Positions 39,873-48,406 of a DNA stretch of 64,000 bases are shown piece by piece. Position numbers and translations under genes: made by a program. The notes beneath the pieces are model-generated. The model was not told the origin of the DNA. It saw only the letters and a program-made list of their open reading frames with translations, and made no database searches. Origin of the DNA: an uncultured SAR116 cluster alpha proteobacterium (GTDB lineage: Bacteria > Pseudomonadota > Alphaproteobacteria > Puniceispirillales > Puniceispirillaceae); assembly GCA_902622515.1 (NCBI GenBank), contig CACNQE010000008.1, positions 15,509 through 79,508 on the forward strand, given 5' to 3'. Within the stretch, counting starts at the first letter, position 1. Each line of letters begins with the position of its first letter.

Positions 39873-40700
39873 ATGAGTGATTTATTAAATGATAAGCAGC
39901 AACGCACATTAATAACCTCCGCCAGTAATCAGGAAATAAAAAGATTACGCTCATTGCATGAACGAAAATATCGTAAACAGACGGGCTGGTTTCTAGCAGA
40001 GGGCTTGCGTATCTGCACAGAAGCATTGCAACAGGGTTTTGCTCCAAAAAGACTACTCTATCAGGAAGATCGAAATAGAGATCCCTTGATATCGAACTTA
40101 ATTTCTGCATGTGAGAAGGAAGGTGGCCGTGTACTACCTGTCACTCGCTCATTATTGGTAAAGGTAAGTAATAAAGATAATCCACAAACTGTGATCGGCG
40201 CTTATGCACAATTTACCACAAATTTTTCTAATATTATAAAGGAAAAAATGAGATGTTGGGTAGCACTTGACAGGATACGTGACCCGGGAAATTTAGGTAC
40301 TATCATCCGTACGATAGATGCTGTAGCTGCAGATGGAGTCATTTTAATTGATAATTGTACTGACCCGTTTTCGATTGAGTCTGTGCGAGCCTCAATGGGT
40401 TCTATTTTTAGCCTAAAAATAAGTTATTGCAATACAAATGATTTTCTTGCTTTTAGAAAAAAATTTCCTGGAAAAATAATTGGTACTTCCTTGAAATCTG
40501 ATATTGATTATAAAACTGCAGACTGGAAAAGCCCTTGTGTAATCCTTATGGGAAACGAGCAATCGGGATTATCGGATAAATTAGGTGATGCATGTGACCA
40601 ACTTATAACCATGCCAATGCGTGGCCGGTCTGATAGCTTAAATTTGGCAGTAGCAACAGGGATTTCTTTGTATGAGTTTTTGCGGCATGAAGCTAATTAG
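39873..40700 (+). CDS. TrmH/SpoU family RNA methyltransferase
   Basis: ITS.SN, FLAEG, DPGNLGTIIRT, RASMG, MGNEQSG, MPM.G.SDSLNLAVA. Confidence 0.93.
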   Translation: MSDLLNDKQQRTLITSASNQEIKRLRSLHERKYRKQTGWFLAEGLRICTEALQQGFAPKRLLYQEDRNRDPLISNLISACEKEGGRVLPVTRSLLVKVSNKDNPQTVIGAYAQFTTNFSNIIKEKMRCWVALDRIRDPGNLGTIIRTIDAVAADGVILIDNCTDPFSIESVRASMGSIFSLKISYCNTNDFLAFRKKFPGKIIGTSLKSDIDYKTADWKSPCVILMGNEQSGLSDKLGDACDQLITMPMRGRSDSLNLAVATGISLYEFLRHEAN

Positions 40701-40735
40701 AATTGCTTGTGAGCAAAAAATTTAAAATCTGGATT

Positions 40736-41653
40736 TTATTCCCGTAGACCATACCATCTTGTGTATAGTGCTTGTCCTATAGCTCTAGGTTTGACATTTG
40801 ATATTGTGTCATCTTCCATAATAAAAATCTCTCCAGATGTTATCTGTCCTAACTTAGTGGAAAAACTATTTGCTATTGCCGAATGTACAGAAATTATGGA
40901 CATTCTTACCGCATAAATAGTGGTAACTAAAAACAAAGGTGAATTAGAAATTAAACTTGTGCAGTCGGATAAAAGGTCTGGGAGATTTTTGTGTAGTTGC
41001 CAAACTTCTCCTTTTGGACCTCTACCATATTTTGGTGGGTCGAGTATAATCCCGTCATATGATTTGCCACGTCTAATTTCACGCTGAACGAATTGAATAG
41101 CATCCTCAGTAATAAAACGAATTGGAGCATCAATTAAGTTGCTCAGTTCTCTATTATTAAAGGCAAGCTGAATTGCTTTTTTGCTTGCGTCGATGTGAGT
41201 GACTTCCGCCCCTGCGCGTGCGGCATGTAGGCTTCCAATCCCAGAATATGCAAATAGATTTAGTATTCTTGGGGCACGAGCATGAATTTCTCTAAATATT
41301 TTGATTTTATCAGCACACCATTGCCAATGTACGGATTGTTCTGGAAAGAACCCTAAGTGCCTAAATGATGTTGGCATAGCAAAAAAATGGATATCTTCGA
41401 AATGCATATGCCAGTTCTCTGGGAGCGAAGCTTTCAATTTCCATTTACCACCTTTTTCTGATGCGATAAAATGACCATCAGCTGATTGCCATTCTGCTTT
41501 TTGTAGTCTTGGTGACCATAATGCCTGTGCCTCTGGCCTAACAAAGCGATAGGGGCCAAACTGCTCTAATTTCTCTCCATTACCTGAGTCGATTAATTGG
41601 TAATCTTTCCATCCTGTGGGATGAAGATGTTCCGAGATATTCATTCCTGACAT
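40736..41653 (-). CDS. Class I SAM-dependent methyltransferase (RlmI/RlmK-like)
   Basis: DY.LIDSG.GEKLE.FG, FRHLGFFPEQ, LNLFAYSG, HIDASK, ILDPPKYGRG. Start uncertain (41644-41680). Confidence 0.9.
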   Translation of the reverse strand: MSGMNISEHLHPTGWKDYQLIDSGNGEKLEQFGPYRFVRPEAQALWSPRLQKAEWQSADGHFIASEKGGKWKLKASLPENWHMHFEDIHFFAMPTSFRHLGFFPEQSVHWQWCADKIKIFREIHARAPRILNLFAYSGIGSLHAARAGAEVTHIDASKKAIQLAFNNRELSNLIDAPIRFITEDAIQFVQREIRRGKSYDGIILDPPKYGRGPKGEVWQLHKNLPDLLSDCTSLISNSPLFLVTTIYAVRMSIISVHSAIANSFSTKLGQITSGEIFIMEDDTISNVKPRAIGQALYTRWYGLRE

Positions 41654-41810
41654 TAACATAATCAGCAGTGTGACGAACAAAAAGGTAAGTTACAACCCAA
41701 ATATTTATGAAAGTATTTAACTTTATTTGGATAAAATTTAAGGTGAATAAAACAATTTATTTCCTATAATCAAAATTATAAATTTTCATAAAAAATATGG
41801 AGGCTGAAGA

Positions 41811-42269
41811 ATGGACAATATAGATAAAAAAATTCTTACCTTATTACAACAAAATTCGACACAGCCTTTAGCAGATATAGCTCGAAAAGTTGGTTTATCA
41901 CTTACACCATGTTGGCGACGGGTTCAAAAGCTTGAGGAAGACGGGATTATAAGAGGTCGTGTAGCATTACTTGATGCAGAACGGTTAGGTTTAGGAATGA
42001 GTGTTTTTGTTGCTATAAAAATAAATGAGCATTCATCAGAATGGCTAAAAAACTTTGCGATAAAAATTTCTGGATATGATGAGGTAGTTGAGTTTTACCG
42101 AATGTCTGGAGATGTAGATTATATGTTGAGAGTTGTTGTTAAAAATATGTCAGCTTATGATCAATTTTATAAAAAGTTAATTTCAGATGTGTCTCTTAAG
42201 GATGTAAGTTCTTCTTTCGCGATGGAGGAGATAAAATATACCACATCTTTACCTATCAATCATTTATAA
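41811..42269 (+). CDS. Lrp/AsnC family regulator (DecR-like)
   Basis: VGLS.TPCWRR, EFYRMSGDVDY.LRVVV, SSFAMEEIK.TT.LP. GGAGG RBS. Confidence 0.93.
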   Translation: MDNIDKKILTLLQQNSTQPLADIARKVGLSLTPCWRRVQKLEEDGIIRGRVALLDAERLGLGMSVFVAIKINEHSSEWLKNFAIKISGYDEVVEFYRMSGDVDYMLRVVVKNMSAYDQFYKKLISDVSLKDVSSSFAMEEIKYTTSLPINHL

Positions 42270-42283
42270 ATATTAACTTAAAT

Positions 42284-43294
42284 CTAATTAAGTACTTTAA
42301 TGATATTTAGTAAATTTTCCGTAAAAACCTCTTTTGAAAATCGTTCATCATACACAGCTTGTCTGGCTCTCTGCTGATATTTATTCCTTTCCCTCGGGTT
42401 TTGTATAAGTATTTTCAGACGGTCCACCATCTCGTCGATATTTGATGGTTCAAAAAAAAGTGCATCTTCAATACTTTGACAAATCCATAAAGGGCCATTT
42501 GTGCGTGTTGCTACAATGGCAACACCATATTGCATAATTTCAGGTAGTATATAGCCAAATGGTTCATCAAGAGAGGGAAGACAGAAAATATCTAAAAAGG
42601 GGGCAAATTCTTTAATGTCAATCCAACCTGTAAATCGGACTGGATTGCCTTTGCTTTTTGAGAATGCCAGGAGACTTTTTGATAACGGCCCATCACCAGC
42701 AAGTACAAATTCAACTTCGGGGAATTCTTTGCGAACTCTCGCGGCAGCATCAATGAATGTTTTGAAGCCTTTTTTTTCAACAAACCTTCCTGCAGCTCCT
42801 ATGGTAATCTTTTGACCTATCTTATCGCTGTGAGTAATTTTTTTTTGAGGTTCAAAATAATGAGATAACAGATGAATACTATTTTCACATCTACCAATTT
42901 CTTTCGCTTTTTGAACCGCATTTGGTGTAAGACAAATTAAATTGTCTGCGTAATCAAACTGCTCTGGTTTGTCGTTGTGACAAATACCGATAACACTATC
43001 ACTGTATTTTTTTATACTTCTGCACATGAAGCCATTATGAACAAAAGAAATGTTAAATAATTGATTATTAAAATTATTGACAGAAAACAATAAGTTCCTT
43101 CGGATAAGGGTTTTTTGAAGCCATGACAATTTTATATGATTCGCGTTATCGCCATCTTTGTTTGTATATAAATAATTAGGGGTAAAGTAAAAATTTTCAA
43201 ATTCAGAAAGGGGTGCTAGAGCGGCAACATAGTTTTTATAGGCTTTTTGAATTCCACCTGGCTTGTTATCACTTGTAACATGGAGAATCTTCAT
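42284..43294 (-). CDS. GT4 (GT-B) glycosyltransferase
   Basis: MKILHV...GG, GRFVEKKG, LAGDG, FTGW, PSLDEPFG...PE (ExxxxxxxE). Confidence 0.9.
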   Translation of the reverse strand: MKILHVTSDNKPGGIQKAYKNYVAALAPLSEFENFYFTPNYLYTNKDGDNANHIKLSWLQKTLIRRNLLFSVNNFNNQLFNISFVHNGFMCRSIKKYSDSVIGICHNDKPEQFDYADNLICLTPNAVQKAKEIGRCENSIHLLSHYFEPQKKITHSDKIGQKITIGAAGRFVEKKGFKTFIDAAARVRKEFPEVEFVLAGDGPLSKSLLAFSKSKGNPVRFTGWIDIKEFAPFLDIFCLPSLDEPFGYILPEIMQYGVAIVATRTNGPLWICQSIEDALFFEPSNIDEMVDRLKILIQNPRERNKYQQRARQAVYDERFSKEVFTENLLNIIKVLN

Positions 43295-43312
43295 AAGCGT
43301 CTCTTTCTTGGT

Positions 43313-44218
43313 TTAAGCATATAACAGTACAATAACAATTGAAATACCAAGGATGCTTATACCAATTAACTCAAGAAGAGTAATTTTTTCTTTTAAAAAA
43401 AGCCACGAAAACAAAATCGATATAATCAACTCAATTTGTCCTATTGCACGCACTGCCCCAAGGTGAAACATTGCAAATGCGTAAAACCATGCTGTAGAGG
43501 AAATAACAGCAGTAATGCCGATAAAAAAACCAATTTTCCAATTTGCGAGGCAAAGCATTAATTGTCCTGGTTCCTTAAAAACAAGGTAGCTTCCGAGAAT
43601 GATTGTTTGCAGTGAAATTGATATTGCCGCTGTAAAACTAGCATTAATAACTAGTAAATCACTATTTAAAAGTATTGTTGCTTTAAAATAAAAAATATTG
43701 GCCAAAGCAAGAGCAGCTCCAGCACCGATACCCAAGAAATGGTGGGGGGAAAAGAATAAATGACTTTTAACACCATTTTTAAACTCAATTTTTTGATAGC
43801 TTAAAAGAGCAACACCAATTAGTCCCATTGCGATCGCTCCTATAATCGAAAAGCTTGCTATATAACCAATTATTATAGCTTCTAATATAGCAGTCTGAAG
43901 AATCTCTGTTTTTGAAAGAGCAATACCAATAGCGTAGTTACGATAATTGAACATCATGATCAACAAAATCGTAAATATAATTTGAAGAATTCCAGCTAGC
44001 CCAACAAAAGCAATAAATAAAAAGGATATATTTGGCAACCTATTGCCAGTCATTAAGCAAATTGTAAAGACCCAGAGCCAAGTAAAGGTAATACCGTAGA
44101 TGAAGCGGCTAAAACTTGCACCCAACTCACCTACATGAGGGATTAATAATTTTTGACACACAGTTCGCAACGATTGGGCAATTGCTGCGATTATTGCTAT
44201 GACGGCCCATAATTCCAT
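43313..44218 (-). CDS. DMT/EamA family transporter
   Basis: About 10 TMs; MELW...AAIAQSLR...QK, RNYA.G....KTE, GQIEL, LKE. Confidence 0.85.
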   Translation of the reverse strand: MELWAVIAIIAAIAQSLRTVCQKLLIPHVGELGASFSRFIYGITFTWLWVFTICLMTGNRLPNISFLFIAFVGLAGILQIIFTILLIMMFNYRNYAIGIALSKTEILQTAILEAIIIGYIASFSIIGAIAMGLIGVALLSYQKIEFKNGVKSHLFFSPHHFLGIGAGAALALANIFYFKATILLNSDLLVINASFTAAISISLQTIILGSYLVFKEPGQLMLCLANWKIGFFIGITAVISSTAWFYAFAMFHLGAVRAIGQIELIISILFSWLFLKEKITLLELIGISILGISIVIVLLYA

Positions 44219-44272
44219 TAAGAATTTTTAGTTCATCAATCTTAATAAATCTAGGATTTAGTTTTATGCTTA

Positions 44273-44860
44273 TTAGGTATCATTTTTTGGACTTACTGCC
44301 ACTTCACTTAGATCAAGAACTTTATTTTTTCTCTCTATTTTATGCCCTATTATATCTTGAATAACGTTATCTAACTTTTGCGAGACAACCTGGTTCAATA
44401 GAAGTTCAATAAATTGTTTTGTTTCAGATGATAAAACAAATTCAGAATTAACCCCCTTGTTATTTTGAGGACTGGAGAAAGTTTTTATTTTCTGTGTGTC
44501 ATTTTTCGATATATCTTCTTTTGCATTGGAAATAGCGGATCTAATATCACTTAATAAGGTATTTACTTTTTCTGGCTCTGTTTTGTCAAATTTGGAAATT
44601 ATTACGCTTTTACCCTCTATTTTTTCTTTTAATAAAGCGATTTCAGCATCTTTAAGGTATAATTTAAGTTTATTAATCTGGTTAATAATCGCTATATTTG
44701 GCTCAAGATCTTCCAAGGTTTTCGTTTGAGACAACAAATCATTGTTTTGTTTTTTAGGTAGTTTTTGGTTTATAACTGTTGCATCTGAAACCAGAGCTTC
44801 GATTGAAGCAATTTTTCTCAAACTTTTTAAATTTTTAAATATTTGTTCCTGGTTGGTCAT
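44273..44860 (-). CDS. Hypothetical cytoplasmic helical protein
   Basis: 195-aa ORF filling the gap between the EamA and STT3 genes. No TM or signal peptide; amphipathic helices. Confidence 0.7.
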   Translation of the reverse strand: MTNQEQIFKNLKSLRKIASIEALVSDATVINQKLPKKQNNDLLSQTKTLEDLEPNIAIINQINKLKLYLKDAEIALLKEKIEGKSVIISKFDKTEPEKVNTLLSDIRSAISNAKEDISKNDTQKIKTFSSPQNNKGVNSEFVLSSETKQFIELLLNQVVSQKLDNVIQDIIGHKIERKNKVLDLSEVAVSPKNDT

Positions 44861-45025
44861 AATTTTGTCTCTATAAAATATATTTCAATAATAATATTAT
44901 TAACTATATTTGACTAGGTAAAAATTTGTTATTTTATGAGATAGTTCTCTCTCGTTGTTAATGAGATATTGTTGACTTATAACTTCGCTAAGAATTTTAA
45001 GCAAACGTGATAAACAGGAGTATCT

Positions 45026-47128
45026 ATGTCGTTTATATCTATGATTGTTAAGTGGCATGAAAAATTGTTCCAAAATGGCCTATTTACTCAAAAAGCTACT
45101 TCATTGACTGTGACTTTCGCAATTATTCTAGGTATTATAGCCACATATATGAATTTTCAGGCTAGGCAAATTAATTGGCATTTGTGGGAACAAAATAAAG
45201 AAGAATTTTTTTATAAAGATACTCCACTATTTACAACAATGGATGCAGGTTATTTTTTGGGTATAGCTGGTTATCTTAAATCTGAAAAAACAATGGATGA
45301 ATATCAATCGCTGCGTGTATTTCCTAAAAATCAAATTAATGAAAAACAGCAAAATTCTTCCAAGCTATCCGCTCCTTTATTGTCAAAACTGATTGCTTAT
45401 TTTGCAAAAGATACAAGTCCGCAAGCATTGTTAACAGTGGGTAATAAAATGCTCCCTTACACTGCAGCCATCACAGCAATTTCTATTTTTATAGCATTTG
45501 GCGTAACAGGATATTGGATGGAGGGGTCGGTTGCAGCTGCTGGAGGTGGTTTATCAATAGCATATTATTGGCGTTCAGCTATCGGCAGAATAGATACGGA
45601 TCAATTAAACCTCGGAATGATGTATTTTATGTTCGCAATGGTTTTGTGTGCTGGGAAATCGAAGCAATTAAAATGGGGTATCCTCTTCACACTTTTAGCT
45701 GGATTGTCAGCGAGGTTATTTATGGCTTGGTATGGTAAATCAGAACTTATAATAATGGCATCAATATGCCTATGTTGGCTACTTATAATAAACACAAGAG
45801 ATTGGCGCAGTGTTATTGGGTGTTTGTTTGTCTTTATTCTAGTGTCAGGCGTTGAAGTTATTAATCCTTTTGATTCAGATTATCTTAAAACGAATTTAGT
45901 TTCACATGAATTTATTTTCAATAATGTATTGTCCACGGTGACGGAAATTTCAAAGACATCATTTTCTGAAATATTATATCGAATGACGGGTTCCGTTTTT
46001 GTGGGTAGTTTTTGTCTGTTTGGTATGATTTTTTGGGCAATTAGACATCCGAGTTTAGCGGTAGCATATGCGCCTCTTGCTGGCTTTGCAATATTTTCAG
46101 TAATATTAGGAAACCGAGCATTGTTTTATTCAGCTCCTTTTTTCTGGTTTGGAGGTGCTTATATTGTTGTATTGGCTACAAAATCCATAGCCTTTTTATT
46201 TTTATCTAGGTTTGAAGACTCCAGACAAATAGTAAGTACCTTGGCATCTTCGGTTGCCTGCTCTATTTTGTTAGTTTTTATATGGATTCAGGGCCCTGTT
46301 AATCAGTTAGCAAAACCATCAATTCCCTCTCCCATAATTAAAGCAATGGCTGAATTAAAGTTTATAGCAGGTCAAGAAAAGAGTGTTTTAGCAAGTTGGT
46401 GGGACTATGGGTATGCTTCAATGCTTATGAATGGAATACCAACATTTACAGATCCCGGAACACACCGTAGTAATTCCAATTACTTTATTGCTGACGTATT
46501 GCTATCAAATAACCAGAATTATTCTGCAGATACGCTCAGATTTCTCGCGAGAGGCGGATTAATAAATTTGAAAATACCCATCGAAAACAGAGCAGAACTA
46601 ACAAAGATTATGTTTTCAGAAAGAAATAAGGAGGCTCCAACAGTTTATCTTATGCTAACAAACCAAATGACTGATTGGATGCCATCTATCTCAAAAATCG
46701 GAAGGTGGGATATAGATTTGGGCGTTCCTATATTAGCAAAGGGTCATAAACCTGGACAGCAATTAGCGTATAATTTTTTAAATTGTGTAGATACAGAAAT
46801 ACCAGGAAAATTTAGATGCAATAACACAATTATTGATCTCAAAGAAGGAAAAATAAATGGAAACGCTGTTCTAAATTTAGTGGCTGAAGCCCATGGAGGA
46901 AAACTTATTGGAAGTAGGGTTTTTGACCAGAACCAATTGAATATGTTTCAAATTATGAAAGATGAAAATGGAAAATCAGCAAAAGTAGCTGTCCTTCATA
47001 AAGACCTATTTTTTAGCAGTTTTAATCAGATGTTTCATCTAGGGAGATTTGACTCAAAAAATTTTAAATTAGTTTATGATGGATACCCCCATGTTCGAAT
47101 ATTCAAATTATTGCCTGTATCCAAATAG
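45026..47128 (+). CDS. STT3/PglB-family oligosaccharyltransferase
   Basis: 700 aa with a multi-TM N-terminal half. TTMDAGY (D73), YYWRS (R183), GRIDTD (D190/D192), TVTE (E307), R319, GNR (R364), WWDYG (458-462), DPGTH. AGGAG RBS. Confidence 0.88.
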   Translation: MSFISMIVKWHEKLFQNGLFTQKATSLTVTFAIILGIIATYMNFQARQINWHLWEQNKEEFFYKDTPLFTTMDAGYFLGIAGYLKSEKTMDEYQSLRVFPKNQINEKQQNSSKLSAPLLSKLIAYFAKDTSPQALLTVGNKMLPYTAAITAISIFIAFGVTGYWMEGSVAAAGGGLSIAYYWRSAIGRIDTDQLNLGMMYFMFAMVLCAGKSKQLKWGILFTLLAGLSARLFMAWYGKSELIIMASICLCWLLIINTRDWRSVIGCLFVFILVSGVEVINPFDSDYLKTNLVSHEFIFNNVLSTVTEISKTSFSEILYRMTGSVFVGSFCLFGMIFWAIRHPSLAVAYAPLAGFAIFSVILGNRALFYSAPFFWFGGAYIVVLATKSIAFLFLSRFEDSRQIVSTLASSVACSILLVFIWIQGPVNQLAKPSIPSPIIKAMAELKFIAGQEKSVLASWWDYGYASMLMNGIPTFTDPGTHRSNSNYFIADVLLSNNQNYSADTLRFLARGGLINLKIPIENRAELTKIMFSERNKEAPTVYLMLTNQMTDWMPSISKIGRWDIDLGVPILAKGHKPGQQLAYNFLNCVDTEIPGKFRCNNTIIDLKEGKINGNAVLNLVAEAHGGKLIGSRVFDQNQLNMFQIMKDENGKSAKVAVLHKDLFFSSFNQMFHLGRFDSKNFKLVYDGYPHVRIFKLLPVSK

Positions 47129-47233
47129 ATAAAAATCTTACTATTGCATTTATTTGGTGATTTTAGTGTGTTCAATATAAATGTTAGGATATAGGTATCG
47201 ATTACCTTTAGCAGGATGTATGATAATAAAAAT

Positions 47234-47310
47234 GGCCCCGTAGCTCATCAGGATAGAGCGCGAGATTCCTAATCTCGAGGCAACAGGTTCGAGTCCTGTC
47301 GGGGTCACCA
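47234..47310 (+). tRNA. tRNA-Arg (anticodon CCT)
   Basis: 77-nt cloverleaf: GGCCCCG/CGGGGTC acceptor stem, CGAGA-TT-CCT-AA-TCTCG anticodon arm, GGTTCGAGTCC T arm, encoded CCA. Confidence 0.97.
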
Positions 47311-47341
47311 CAAACATAACAGTTTAGCGTCTTTGATAAGT

Positions 47342-48148
47342 TTATTTTGAGGTTGGAATAAAAACTTTTTGTCCGTCTATGTTGAACAGTCCTATTGTTT
47401 TTTGTCCTTTATATGAAGTGAGCCAGTTGATGAATGATTGACCCTCTGCAGATTTTACACTTGGGCATTTATTTTTATCGATAAGCATAACGCCATAAGG
47501 ATTGAATAAATGGCTATCCCCCTCGAGCAAAACGCCATGATCATATTTGTTAGAAAATGAGTACCAACTAGCTCTATCAACAAGCGTATATGAATTAGTA
47601 TCAATCGTAATATTTAGTGTTTTTCCCATGCCAGAGCCGGTCTCAAGATACCATTTACCAGACTCATTTACTGGATCTAAACCAATTTTCTTCCATATTG
47701 AAAGCTCCTTGGTGTGCGTGCCTGAGCCATCGCTTCTTGATGCAAATTTTGCACCTGAGGTAGCTATTTTAGCAAATGCTAAACCGACATCTTGCATTCC
47801 AGAAATGCCAGCTGGATCTGCAACTGGACCAACTATAACAAAGTCATTATGCATAATATTATAGCGTTTTCTTGAGAAACCATCTGCAATAAACTTTTGT
47901 TCATCTTCTGGACTATGCACGAGCAGAACGTCACCGTCACAATTGCGAGCATTTTTTATTGCTGCACCCGTTCCAACAGCAACTACGTTAACCTTTATCC
48001 CTGAGTCCGCCGTGAAAAGTGGAAGAATAAAATCATAGAAGCCAGAATTTTTGGTTGAAGTTGTTGATTGAACTAATATGGATTTATCCGAAGCTGATAA
48101 AACTGTTGGTATTAAAATCAATAGAATAAGGTAAGCGATTAAATTCAT
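47342..48148 (-). CDS. tupA: Tungstate-binding periplasmic protein (TupA-type)
   Basis: Signal peptide, STTST.NSG, VAVGTG.A, D.LLVH, NDFVIVGP..DPA, F.SR.D.SGTH.KE, G.GMG.TL, LFNPY. Confidence 0.85.
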   Translation of the reverse strand: MNLIAYLILLILIPTVLSASDKSILVQSTTSTKNSGFYDFILPLFTADSGIKVNVVAVGTGAAIKNARNCDGDVLLVHSPEDEQKFIADGFSRKRYNIMHNDFVIVGPVADPAGISGMQDVGLAFAKIATSGAKFASRSDGSGTHTKELSIWKKIGLDPVNESGKWYLETGSGMGKTLNITIDTNSYTLVDRASWYSFSNKYDHGVLLEGDSHLFNPYGVMLIDKNKCPSVKSAEGQSFINWLTSYKGQKTIGLFNIDGQKVFIPTSK

Positions 48149-48406
48149 TTATTTTTTATCTTCAAATAATGAAAATTATCATAAAATAACATTAAAAGAA
48201 TAATCAACTGAAATCTTTTAAGCAGGATATTATGAATATTAATTATATGTTTCAACTACAAAATTATGTAGTCAAATTTGCAGGAGTAAGTAGAATTAGA
48301 CTATAATTTTGTTCACAAGTTGCATATAGCAATTATAGGCAAAAATAATATCCAATTTTTATATAATTTAATAAAGTTTGCCAAATAGATGGGTTAAGCG
48401 AGTTTT

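Noticed and set aside
47280..47341. tRNA-Arg as attachment site of an integrated element
   Set aside because: I found no second copy of the tRNA 3' end and no integrase or transposase in the window. An old, decayed insertion cannot be excluded.
48149..48406. Guanidine or molybdenum/tungsten cofactor riboswitch near tupA and the ureohydrolase operon
   Set aside because: No recognisable conserved core (for example tandem ACG-loop hairpins). The region is almost purely AT-rich.
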